Source of the DNA: Candidatus Falkowbacteria bacterium
GTDB lineage: Bacteria; Patescibacteriota; Patescibacteriia; Patescibacteriales; UBA12465
Assembly (NCBI GenBank): GCA_016432645.1
Contig: CP066698.1
Location: 133,062 to 197,061 of the forward strand
DNA length: 64,000 nt
Direction of reading: 5' to 3'
Shown here: in pieces, positions 15,916 to 24,585 of the stretch
How the letters are laid out: each line of letters opens with the position of its first letter
How positions within the stretch are numbered: the stretch's first letter is position 1
Translations under genes and position numbers: made by a program
The notes under the pieces: generated by a model
Told to the model about the DNA's origin: nothing
The model's database searches: none
Seen by the model: the letters and a program-made list of their open reading frames with translations, nothing else

Positions 15916-16000
15916 TATTGACGAAAACAATACCTCGTGGTATTGTTTTTTATTACCTTAAAAATTAAATATTTAGTATTAACCATAAAATTAGTGAAAA
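15916..16000 (+). repeat. intergenic element B, copy 2
   Basis: attgacgaaaacaatacctcgtggtattgttttttattaccttaaaaatt...aaccataaaa. Its hairpin doubles as the terminator of 13405-15897. Confidence 0.8.
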
Positions 16001-16723
16001 ATGAAAAAAATCATTATTGTTCAATCCAACCCCGAAGTTTTGAAGATGGTGCGCGAGAAAATGCGGACAGTTTTCCCGGAATTAAATGAGGTTATTTCTT
16101 ATCAACGCGATTTTGAAAATACTCTCAATGAAATCCCGACAGACTGCGAGCTGGTGGTTATTACCAGCGATCAGTTCCACGATGAGCGCAATGTAAAATT
16201 TTCTGAACAGGAAAAAGACGGTTCTAAGCTGGCGGAAGAAATCAAAAAGATTAATCCTGCGGCTAAAGTTTATGTGTTTTCCATGTATGATCCTCGACCG
16301 GAGCACATTGATGGTTTTTATAAGAAGAGCTGGGGCAGCAACAACACCCTTGAGGAAATTGTGGCTATCTTCTTGTCTCTCGGTCTTGATAAGGAGTCTC
16401 CTGAGCCGGAAAAGAAAGATGAAAGAGTCATCAGGGTTGATGAAATCAACGAAGAGGATTTGGCATTTATTTGCCATCTGGTTGGGCTGGCTTATACGCG
16501 TTTTGAAAATCTGGGCGAATGTTTTCAGGTCTATTTTAACAAGGATGGCCAAGAATCAGCCGATCGCTGTTTGGTTATACATGAGGATGGTAGAATATTT
16601 ATTTGCGTGGATTTACCCGCAGACAACATTATCATCAATACCGTTCCAGTTGTCCTTTACCTGCAAGCCCGCGGCTTGGTTGTTTCTGAAGCTACTATTT
16701 ATCAGAGAATGCATATCATTTAA
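16001..16723 (+). CDS. hypothetical protein, N-terminal half weakly CheY/receiver-like (240 aa)
   Basis: ORF directly after repeat element B copy 2. Alternating beta/alpha pattern KIIIVQS, LVVITSD, VYVFSMY, but no canonical acidic pocket. Confidence 0.45.
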   Translation: MKKIIIVQSNPEVLKMVREKMRTVFPELNEVISYQRDFENTLNEIPTDCELVVITSDQFHDERNVKFSEQEKDGSKLAEEIKKINPAAKVYVFSMYDPRPEHIDGFYKKSWGSNNTLEEIVAIFLSLGLDKESPEPEKKDERVIRVDEINEEDLAFICHLVGLAYTRFENLGECFQVYFNKDGQESADRCLVIHEDGRIFICVDLPADNIIINTVPVVLYLQARGLVVSEATIYQRMHII

Positions 16724-16850
16724 TGGTTATCAAAAATTAAAATTATTAAAGACAAAAAGCTGCTTATCAAAAAAGCAGCTTTTTAATTTAGCAATTTTTA
16801 TTTATGACAATAAATTTACAAAATACTTAAAAATATGATATTTTTATAAT

Positions 16851-17285
16851 ATGTTATATCACGACTATTTAAAAAAACTTAAAGCTTGCCCATTTTGCCG
16901 AGCAAATAAACGCATGTTGGTTTCTAATAAGCATGCTTATTTAACTTACACCAAAGCCCCTTACCACCCCCATCATTTATTAGTCATTCCTAAGCGGCAT
17001 ATAGTTTCTTTTTTCAACCTGAGCGCTCAGGAGACTGAAGCCATTGATGCTTTGGTAAAAATTGGCGCTCAAATATTAAAAAAGTTAAAGCACGACAGCT
17101 TTTCCATTTTAGTTAGAGAGGGACCGGATTCTGATAAGAGTATTAAGCATCTACATTACCATTTAATACCAGATATACGTATTGGCGATGTTGATAGCCA
17201 CGGGATTCCGCGAAAAATATTGTCGCCAGCGGAAATTAAAAAAATATCCGCTAAGATTATTTCGTTGGCCAAAAAAATAAAATAA
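16851..17285 (+). CDS. HIT (histidine triad) family nucleotide hydrolase/transferase
   Basis: Histidine triad HLHYHLIP. CPFC near the N-terminus. Confidence 0.8.
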   Translation: MLYHDYLKKLKACPFCRANKRMLVSNKHAYLTYTKAPYHPHHLLVIPKRHIVSFFNLSAQETEAIDALVKIGAQILKKLKHDSFSILVREGPDSDKSIKHLHYHLIPDIRIGDVDSHGIPRKILSPAEIKKISAKIISLAKKIK

Positions 17286-17347
17286 AAAATATAACTTTTA
17301 AATTAAGATAAAAATAGGCTTAGACCAGCCTATTTTTTGTTATATAA

Positions 17348-17376
17348 TTGACAAAAATTGATACTTTATGTTAATA
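17348..17376 (+). promoter_or_regulatory. sigma70-like promoter TTGACA-17-TTAATA
   Basis: Read directly. The leader motif AGAACTTTAAAAATT follows at 17391-17405. Confidence 0.5.
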
Positions 17377-17432
17377 TCTGGAGTTGTTTTAGAACTTTAA
17401 AAATTAATATTCACCAATAAAAATTGTTTAAA

Positions 17433-18338
17433 ATGGAAGCAAAAAAACCTTTATCTCGTTTAATTTTGATTGCCGGTCTATGTTTAATGATTACAATCAT
17501 TATTTATCTGTTTTCTTTGGGGGAACAGATTGTCCCTCAATTCTCTCAGGAGAGTATCACGAGAATTACGACCTTTTCTGAAGCTTCAATTGCTAAGGAA
17601 GTGTTGAATACGGAAATGGTCGAAGATTTTCCCGGAAGCTTGGTTTTTGCGGTCACCTGGCCGGAAGATAAAAAGGCGCTGACTGCCATTCCCGATCTCA
17701 AGGGCTTGTCTCAGGGTAAGGACAGTATTTGGAGTTTAATGAACCATTGTAACCTAACTCTGGTTAATGTTAACGGTACTGTTTACAGTGTTATGCCCAA
17801 GCGCATGCGTGGCGAAAATTTAGATTTAGAAGATGCCTTAAAGCAGAATAAGTTTGAAATTTTTGCTAAAGGAGATTTAATCATGTTTGCCACCGATGAC
17901 TTTGAACAAACTCCAATTTCTCACCCGTTGTTGGAAAAAGTTAATCCTAATTTGGATGATTCTCCTTGCACAGTTAAGTTGCTTAATTGTTTCCAAGGGG
18001 ATAAAAAGGTCTATCGCTACACCATCAGAGGAACCGTCCATTATCTTAATCCGCATGATCAAGAACTTATTCAGCGTTCTGCTCGTTATCCTTATGGCGG
18101 CGCCGAAGAAACAGCCAGATCAAAATCAGGAATGTATGTTGTTCGTATCCCCAATATTATGTCTGAAGAAATAATCGGCATGTATGGCGGTTCGGCTGTG
18201 ATTACTTTTGAGAATCAGGAATATTTTCTTGGTTTAAATTCAATGATTATCATGTTGGCCGCAATAGACGGCGATGAAACAACTTACATTACTTTAATGG
18301 CGATTGAACCGGTATTGAAATCGGATTTTAACTTTTGA
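17433..18338 (+). CDS. hypothetical N-terminally anchored protein (301 aa)
   Basis: TM helix LILIAGLCLMITIIIYLF. The ATG at 17433 is preferred over the TTG at 17424. Ends in TGA. Confidence 0.55.
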   Translation: MEAKKPLSRLILIAGLCLMITIIIYLFSLGEQIVPQFSQESITRITTFSEASIAKEVLNTEMVEDFPGSLVFAVTWPEDKKALTAIPDLKGLSQGKDSIWSLMNHCNLTLVNVNGTVYSVMPKRMRGENLDLEDALKQNKFEIFAKGDLIMFATDDFEQTPISHPLLEKVNPNLDDSPCTVKLLNCFQGDKKVYRYTIRGTVHYLNPHDQELIQRSARYPYGGAEETARSKSGMYVVRIPNIMSEEIIGMYGGSAVITFENQEYFLGLNSMIIMLAAIDGDETTYITLMAIEPVLKSDFNF

Positions 18339-18425
18339 GATTTTTTCTAAATTGTTAAAAAGGCAAGTTATCCGCCTTAAGGATAACAAAAAACGGATTC
18401 CCAAAGAGTCCGTTTTTTCATTTTT

Positions 18426-19253
18426 TTAATTGGGATAAACTATAATCATCGCTTTTCGGTTGGTGTCCAAGTCGGCTCTGTTGATAGTGTGTCCGCCCTG
18501 AGGCGCATCATGAATTGCTTTGTATAGAACCTCGGCTTTGTAAACATAATTATGGCCTTTTCTGGTTCCATTGTCGTTCGTGATAAAGTCTCCATTTTCA
18601 GTTAAGCCTTTAATAACCAGCATATGATAAATCGGTCCCGGTTGTTTGAAGTTAGGATTGCCGAGCATTTGGCCGGAAGCGGGAATAATTACCGGTCGGC
18701 TAGCGAGAACTTCGGCTTTCAAGTCTGCTAGACTGAAATCATAGATAACCTCTACGCGCTTAAAGCCATAATATTCTTTTAAAATTCTAGCGGTTTCCGC
18801 CGCTGTCGTATCTTCGTAATAGCCAAAAGTTTTATTTTGCCAAGCGACTAAATCTAAAATTTCTTCTTTAGCGATTGCCGGTGTGAGCGTCGCTTTTTGG
18901 TAATATTTAGCGACCATTAAACTGGCGGTTTCTTCACAGGCATTTTGGTAGGGTTCGGACCAATCGCTGTATGGTGCTTGGGAAGAAAAGGGAACATCTA
19001 AATTTATTTCGGTTATTTTAATTTGAGGGGTGGAAGTTGCCACCCCTTTTTTTACAATTGGCGCTTCTTCTTTTTTTTCTACTTCCGTGGTTGTTGAGAT
19101 TGAAGTATTATTTGCCGTTGCTGTCATTGTTGATATTTCTTCGGCTGCCGGATTCTTAGATTTTTCATTAGTAAGTGAAGATTCCTTTTTAGAATAAAAT
19201 AAAAAGGCGCTCGCGGCAATTAAGATGATGATGATTAATAGCGTTTTTTTCAT
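18426..19253 (-). CDS. secreted or anchored papain-like (peptidase C39-like) domain protein
   Basis: N-terminal TM helix. FSSQAPYSDWSEPYQNACEETASLMV, then a later His (YHMLVIKG), resembles C39-like cysteine peptidase domains. Confidence 0.5.
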   Translation of the reverse strand: MKKTLLIIIILIAASAFLFYSKKESSLTNEKSKNPAAEEISTMTATANNTSISTTTEVEKKEEAPIVKKGVATSTPQIKITEINLDVPFSSQAPYSDWSEPYQNACEETASLMVAKYYQKATLTPAIAKEEILDLVAWQNKTFGYYEDTTAAETARILKEYYGFKRVEVIYDFSLADLKAEVLASRPVIIPASGQMLGNPNFKQPGPIYHMLVIKGLTENGDFITNDNGTRKGHNYVYKAEVLYKAIHDAPQGGHTINRADLDTNRKAMIIVYPN

Positions 19254-19283
19254 TTATTTCGTTTATGATATAATCTCTAGTAT

Positions 19284-19811
19284 ATGTATTTAATGCTGAT
19301 AATTTTTTTAGTTCTCTTGGCTTATTTTGTCTTTTTTGTTTCCCAATTTTATAACGTCTTTTTTAAAGGCTATGCCCCTTTTATTTCTACCGACCGGGAA
19401 ACCATTAAGACTATTTTGGCGGCCAGTTCCATTAGTACACCTTTTATAGTCTATGAACTCGGCTGCGGCCGTGCGCGTTTTTTAAGGATTGCCGAGAAAA
19501 TTTTTCCCGGACTCAGGCTAATCGGGGTAGAAAATCTAGCCAGTCTTTATTACCTTAATTGGTTAAGATTGAAACTTTCTTTCAGTAAAATACAATTATG
19601 GAAAAAAGATTTTTTAGCGCTTAATTTGCAAGACGCCGATTTGATTTACTGCTATTTAAACAACGATACCATGAAAAAATTGGGAGATAAGTTCAGTAAA
19701 GAATGCCGCGGGGGCACTCAGATTGTCAGCCGGAGCTTTCCGATTCCGCAATTTATTCCCGAGAAGGTTTTGAATGTCAAAAATAAAAAAATCTATTTTT
19801 ATAAAATATAA
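19284..19811 (+). CDS. class I SAM-dependent methyltransferase with an N-terminal TM helix
   Basis: Motif I VYELGCGRARF. An extended -10 TGATATAAT ends 9 nt before the ATG. Confidence 0.6.
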   Translation: MYLMLIIFLVLLAYFVFFVSQFYNVFFKGYAPFISTDRETIKTILAASSISTPFIVYELGCGRARFLRIAEKIFPGLRLIGVENLASLYYLNWLRLKLSFSKIQLWKKDFLALNLQDADLIYCYLNNDTMKKLGDKFSKECRGGTQIVSRSFPIPQFIPEKVLNVKNKKIYFYKI

Positions 19812-19826
19812 AGAGCTAACGCCTCT

Positions 19827-20543
19827 TTATTTTTTATTTGTAAAATCGCAGTTTAGGCATTCATCTTTACTTAATTCTTTTTTTCTGGCTGCAATTTGAG
19901 CTTCAGCCTTTTCAATATCGGAAAAGTCTCTCAAGCCTTCCCATTTTTCGCGGAAGTTCTTAGCGTCCAGATAATCCACAAATTTATTGTATTGAGAATG
20001 AGTTTTTTCAACGCGGGTTGCATATTTGATCGGGCACCAATAGCGTTCGGTTCGTCCGGATATTTCTACGGCATATTGCAGGAGATTATTAAAATAGCTG
20101 CAGTAGATGCAATTTAGTTTTTCTATCCAATTCAAATAGGGCAGCAGGCGGCGATTATAAATAAAATAATCTCCCGGTTTGACGCGCGGAATGCCATAGA
20201 TTCGGAAGCAGACTTGATGATATATTTCTAGGCAAAGATGGAAAAATAAGCCAGGGATAATCATGCCGTAGATAAAAGGCATGCTGATAATGTATTTAAA
20301 ATTAAGTGGGAAAAAAGTTTTAAGCGAACTTAGTTTCCAGGCCCTTAAATTGTTGGCCTGCGCTTTTAGTTCCTGAAAAATATTTACCTTAAAATCAAGC
20401 GAACTGATGGCGGCATCAAAAGATTTCTTAACCTCTTCGCTCCAGTCCTCTAGTTTTTTAATTTGGACATCTTTACTTGCTTCCAGATTTTTTTGAATTT
20501 CTTTTAATCTTCTGCCCAAGTCTTCTTTTATTTTGTTAGCCAT
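19827..20543 (-). CDS. hypothetical membrane protein with Cys-rich C-terminal half (238 aa)
   Basis: Coiled-coil-like N-terminus, a hydrophobic hairpin IISMPFIYGMIIPGLFFHLCLEIY, and NCIYCSY...YWCPIKYA. Confidence 0.5.
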   Translation of the reverse strand: MANKIKEDLGRRLKEIQKNLEASKDVQIKKLEDWSEEVKKSFDAAISSLDFKVNIFQELKAQANNLRAWKLSSLKTFFPLNFKYIISMPFIYGMIIPGLFFHLCLEIYHQVCFRIYGIPRVKPGDYFIYNRRLLPYLNWIEKLNCIYCSYFNNLLQYAVEISGRTERYWCPIKYATRVEKTHSQYNKFVDYLDAKNFREKWEGLRDFSDIEKAEAQIAARKKELSKDECLNCDFTNKK

Positions 20544-20661
20544 TTTGTTTCTCGCTTAATAATAAAATTACTACTAAAATACCATTAATTGACTAAAAAA
20601 TCAATAAATACTTTAATTGAAGATAAGTATTAGCAAAACGTATTAATAAGCGCTATAATGA

Positions 20662-21801
20662 ATGAAAATAAGTAATTTTATGTCCGAATATAGATACTAT
20701 ATTAAAAAAATCTTTCAACCGGCGCCAAATCAAGTAATTATTGAAGCTGGCGATAAAGTGGGGCGCCCGGTTTTTAAATATCAACCTGGGCAATATGCCA
20801 TGATTTCTTATCGCAATCGGCGCGGCCAGCTGGAAGATAAGCATGCTTTTTCTCTGGCTAGCTCTCCAGCTAATTCCCAAAGCATTATTTTTGGTATTAA
20901 AATTGAGGGCGCTTTTACGCGCGGCCTTTTAGATTTGCAGGTCGGCGATGAACTAAGAGTTTTTGGCCCTTATGGAAATTTTTGCTATCAGGCCAATAAA
21001 TATCCGGATGCTGTGATGATTGCCGGCGGAATTGGTATTACGCCTTTTTTTAGCGCCTTAAATTATGCCCACGATCTTAAGCTTAGTAACAAGTTAGCGC
21101 TCATCTATAGCGCCCGCACCAGATTAGGAGCTACTTTTTATCCGGAAATCAGAAATTTACAAGCTAATAATCCTAATTTAAAAACGCTTTTTTCTTTTAC
21201 GGAAGAAAGCGGCGCGGTTGAGGCTAATATCATAAATACTAGAATTGGCGCTGAGCAAATTAAAAATTTTATCGGCGATATTAATGGTAAAACTTTTTTT
21301 ATCTGCGGTCCCAGTTTGTTTATGGCGGCTATAGTCGCCAATCTTCTAAAGCTGGGAGTGCCGCGCGCGCAAATTAAAATGGAAGAATTTTCCATGATTC
21401 CCGATAAATCTTGGAGCGCCCGATTAAAAAATATTTCTTATGCCCTCGCTTTCTCCGTCTTGGTCGGGGCGATTATTTTTTTTAGTTTTATTTACGAACC
21501 GAAGAGTAAGGCGTCTAAGAATAATTATGATGCTAATCAGCTGGCGGCGATTAATTCAGCGACTTACGAACGGATGATTACTATTTATGATAGGAAAAAT
21601 AAAGCACTCGCTGATTTAAATCAACAAATTTTAGCCGCTACGAATAAAGCGGCTACAAATGCGACGTCGGCGGGAAACCCTGTCGGAACGCCAGCAGCCG
21701 CTCCGGTTTATAGGCCAGCCACGGTTTATACTCCCGCCCCGGTTTATACGCCGCCCAAAACGTCTCCGGTTCCGACCACCGGAGTTAGCCGTGCACGCTA
21801 A
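20662..21801 (+). CDS. NOX/FNR-type FAD/NAD(P)H-binding dehydrogenase module with a C-terminal TM anchor and Pro-rich tail
   Basis: HAFSLASSP (compare the NOX FAD motif HPFTLTS), MIAGGIGITPF (NAD(P)H motif), FICGP. TM helix ISYALAFSVLVGAIIFFSFIY and PVY repeats. The ATG at 20680 is an alternative start, because the TATAAT at 20654-20659 almost abuts 20662. Confidence 0.75.
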   Translation: MKISNFMSEYRYYIKKIFQPAPNQVIIEAGDKVGRPVFKYQPGQYAMISYRNRRGQLEDKHAFSLASSPANSQSIIFGIKIEGAFTRGLLDLQVGDELRVFGPYGNFCYQANKYPDAVMIAGGIGITPFFSALNYAHDLKLSNKLALIYSARTRLGATFYPEIRNLQANNPNLKTLFSFTEESGAVEANIINTRIGAEQIKNFIGDINGKTFFICGPSLFMAAIVANLLKLGVPRAQIKMEEFSMIPDKSWSARLKNISYALAFSVLVGAIIFFSFIYEPKSKASKNNYDANQLAAINSATYERMITIYDRKNKALADLNQQILAATNKAATNATSAGNPVGTPAAAPVYRPATVYTPAPVYTPPKTSPVPTTGVSRAR

Positions 21802-21821
21802 TTTAATTAATTTCTTTGCTT

Positions 21822-22238
21822 ATGGAAAAGATTAATTTTAAAAAAACCTTATTGCCGTTTTTTATAATATTAACGCTATTTGTTTCCGCTTTTTCTTTTG
21901 CTTCTTGGAGCCGCGCTGAAGATGATGATGAAGAAGGCGAGCGTTTTTGGTTTTTAGAAAGAGAAGAACGAGAAGAAGATGAAGGGGGAGGGCGAGAGGA
22001 GGATGAAAATGGGTATGAGAACGAAGAATGGGAACCTAATTCCGAAAATATTACTGATACCCCGGTAATTATTAATCCGGTAAATGAAACTATAGATTTG
22101 GCGGCTCTAATAGACTCTGATCAAGACGGAATTATTGATTCCGCCGATAAATATCCTAGTGAGGATGATTTTGCTTATTTATTATTAGATAAAAATAAAA
22201 ACGGAATAGGTGACGATTTAGAAAAAATATTAAAATAA
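21822..22238 (+). CDS. secreted highly acidic protein with a thrombospondin-type-3-like Ca-binding repeat
   Basis: Signal-like LLPFFIILTLFVSAFSFA, an Asp/Glu run, and DSDQDGIIDSADKYP (DxDxDGxxDxxD). Confidence 0.5.
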   Translation: MEKINFKKTLLPFFIILTLFVSAFSFASWSRAEDDDEEGERFWFLEREEREEDEGGGREEDENGYENEEWEPNSENITDTPVIINPVNETIDLAALIDSDQDGIIDSADKYPSEDDFAYLLLDKNKNGIGDDLEKILK

Positions 22239-22243
22239 TTTGC

Positions 22244-23191
22244 ATGATGTGGCGTGAATTTAAAGCTCTAGGAACAGATATTATTTTTTTTCTGCCAGAG
22301 GTATTTGAATCAGATAAAATCTTGGCGGCGGCCGAAAAAGAAGTCTTGAATTTTGAAAAAAGATTTAGCCGTTTTATTTCCGGCAGCGAACTTAACATTT
22401 TTAATGATTCCAAGAAAACAGAAATTGAGGTAACTGATACTATGGCCGAACTTCTGCGCTTGGCTAAATATTATTATTTAAAAACTGATGGCGCTTTTGA
22501 CCCGACGATTATCGGCAGCTTGGAGGGGATTGGCTATGATAAAAATTTTTTGGATTTAGGAGCAAGCGATTTGTTGGCTGAACCTAAAAAACTTGATTTG
22601 AAAAAAATTCAAACTGAATTTGCGTTCCGGCCAAAAATGGAGGCTATAAAAATTGTCGGCCGGCAGATTTTTCGGCCCAGCGGGTTCCGGCTTGATTTAG
22701 GCGGTTTTGCTAAAGGCTATATTGTTGATTTATTGGGCGCTACAGTTTTTAAAGGGGTGAAAAATTTTTTAATTTCTGCCGGCGGCGATATTTGGGCCGT
22801 GGGCAACCAAGAGGGCGCCAAGGGCTGGGATGTGGCCGTGCAAAATCCGCTTGCTCCGGAAGAAAATATTTTTTTTCTTAACACCCGCGGCCAGCGCTTA
22901 GGAATCGCCACTTCCGGAATTTTAGAGAGAACTTGGAAAAAAGAAAATTTTAAAGCCCATCATATTATTGATCCCGGTTCCGGATTGCCGGCCGAAAATA
23001 ATATTTTATCCGTGACAGTTATTTCGGCCGATGCCGTCAAGGCTGATATTTACGCCAAGGCCGTTTTAATTTTAGGGATAGAAAAAGGTTTAAAATTTAT
23101 TGAAAAGGAAAAAGATTCTGCTTGTATAATATTCACTAAAGATAAAAAAACGCTTTTTTCTAAGCGCGCTAATAATTATTTAAAGAAATAA
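22244..23191 (+). CDS. apbE: FAD:protein FMN transferase (ApbE family)
   Basis: Typical ApbE features: FKALGTDI start, GAFDPT, and LDLGGFAKGYIVD. No signal peptide or lipobox is visible. Confidence 0.85.
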   Translation: MMWREFKALGTDIIFFLPEVFESDKILAAAEKEVLNFEKRFSRFISGSELNIFNDSKKTEIEVTDTMAELLRLAKYYYLKTDGAFDPTIIGSLEGIGYDKNFLDLGASDLLAEPKKLDLKKIQTEFAFRPKMEAIKIVGRQIFRPSGFRLDLGGFAKGYIVDLLGATVFKGVKNFLISAGGDIWAVGNQEGAKGWDVAVQNPLAPEENIFFLNTRGQRLGIATSGILERTWKKENFKAHHIIDPGSGLPAENNILSVTVISADAVKADIYAKAVLILGIEKGLKFIEKEKDSACIIFTKDKKTLFSKRANNYLKK

Positions 23192-23195
23192 ATAT

Positions 23196-24101
23196 ATGAT
23201 TCAAAATATTAAAAAAGCAGCCAAGCGGCGCTTTCTAGGGTGGGGATTTTTACTCTGCAGTTTATTCTTTTTGGGGCAGGCCCTGGCCGTCGCCGCCCAG
23301 ACGAGTTCTCCTGATAATTATGTAAAAGATAGTGATTACGATGGCTTATCTGATCAGGCTGAAGTTGAGGTTTATCACTCTGATCCTTCGAAGGTTGATA
23401 CTGATGCCGATGGTTATTTAGACGCCGCTGAAATTTTAAGCGGTAGCGATGTCTTAAATCCTTCTGACCCCGCAGCTGCTTTGGCTGGACAGCTTTCGGA
23501 ATCAGAGGAAAGCAAAGCCCCGAGCAGCGTCCCTTGGTATATTACGCGGGCGGCTGGCATTTCCGCTTATCTCCTGATGTTTTTGATAGTGGTTTTAGGA
23601 GCCGGAATGACTACCGGTTATTTATATAAATATCTTAATCCTGTGCGTTCTTGGCTTACTCATAAATATTTGAGCTTAGCGATGTTTTTGGTGTTACTGG
23701 CTCATATGACCGCGCTGTTGTTTGATAATTTTATTAATCTCCGGCTTAAAGATATTTTAATTCCTTTCGCCTCGGATTTTAGCCCCTGGTTTTTAAGTTT
23801 GGGAATTCTCGGTTTTTATATTTTGTTGGCGGTCATCTTTACTTCTATTTGGTTCCGTCTAAAATATAAGCGCGCTTGGCGCAGCGTCCATTATTTCGTT
23901 TATGTTTTATTTACTTTTTCTTTTGTCCACGGCTTGTTTCTGGGAACCGACTCCCAGACCTTGGCGATGCGCTTAATTTATATTAGCACCAGTTCTATTT
24001 TTGTGTTTATTATTATTTATCGTTTTATTATTTCTCGAATTAAAAATAGAAGTTATAAACAACAAAATCAATATGAAGCTCCTAAAAACAATTCAATTTA
24101 A
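23196..24101 (+). CDS. ferric-reductase-domain (NOX/FRE-type bis-heme) membrane protein with N-terminal TSP3 Ca-binding repeats
   Basis: His-x13-His (HKYLSLAMFLVLLAH) and His-x12-His (HYFVYVLFTFSFVH) lie on separate TM helices. DSDYDGLSDQAE and DTDADGYLDAAE repeats follow the signal/anchor. Confidence 0.75.
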   Translation: MIQNIKKAAKRRFLGWGFLLCSLFFLGQALAVAAQTSSPDNYVKDSDYDGLSDQAEVEVYHSDPSKVDTDADGYLDAAEILSGSDVLNPSDPAAALAGQLSESEESKAPSSVPWYITRAAGISAYLLMFLIVVLGAGMTTGYLYKYLNPVRSWLTHKYLSLAMFLVLLAHMTALLFDNFINLRLKDILIPFASDFSPWFLSLGILGFYILLAVIFTSIWFRLKYKRAWRSVHYFVYVLFTFSFVHGLFLGTDSQTLAMRLIYISTSSIFVFIIIYRFIISRIKNRSYKQQNQYEAPKNNSI

Positions 24102-24585
24102 AGATTTGCCGGCTGCAGAATTGGAAAAATTTGAGAAACGCGCCGCGGCGCGAGCGGTGGTTTTTGATGATGATAAAAATGTCGCCCTGCTTTATGTTGC
24201 CAAGCACAATCGGCATAAATTGCCGGGTGGCGGGGTTGATGCGGGCGAGACTATTGATGAAGCTTTAGTTCGTGAATGTTTGGAGGAAATCGGCTGTCAG
24301 GTAGAAAAATTTGCCGAGGTCGGAGAGATTGTGGAATATCGTGATAAGTGGTCTTTAGAAAACCGTTCCTTTTGTTTTTTGGCCAACCTCGTCGGCTCTA
24401 AAGGCGAGCCGGACTTTACCGCGGACGAACTTGCCAATGGTTTTGAAATAAAATGGGTTAGTTTTAAAGAAGCGATTAAATTATTAGAGGCTGACGACCC
24501 CGAAGATTATGAGGGTAAATTTATTAAAATCCGCGATACTTTATTTTTAAAAGAAGCTTATGAAATCATTACTCAACGTCGTTAA
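24073..24585 (+). CDS. Nudix hydrolase
   Basis: Nudix box GGGVDAGETIDEALVRECLEEIGC. Starts at MKLLKTIQF and overlaps the previous stop by 29 nt. Confidence 0.8.
   Translation: MKLLKTIQFKDLPAAELEKFEKRAAARAVVFDDDKNVALLYVAKHNRHKLPGGGVDAGETIDEALVRECLEEIGCQVEKFAEVGEIVEYRDKWSLENRSFCFLANLVGSKGEPDFTADELANGFEIKWVSFKEAIKLLEADDPEDYEGKFIKIRDTLFLKEAYEIITQRR

Noticed and set aside
16082-16838. 156-aa minus-strand and 188-aa plus-strand alternative-frame ORFs overlapping 16001-16723.
   Set aside because: They are shadow ORFs. Only the 16001 frame starts immediately after promoter element B. The alternatives have low-complexity, Leu/Ile/Arg-rich, composition-driven sequences.
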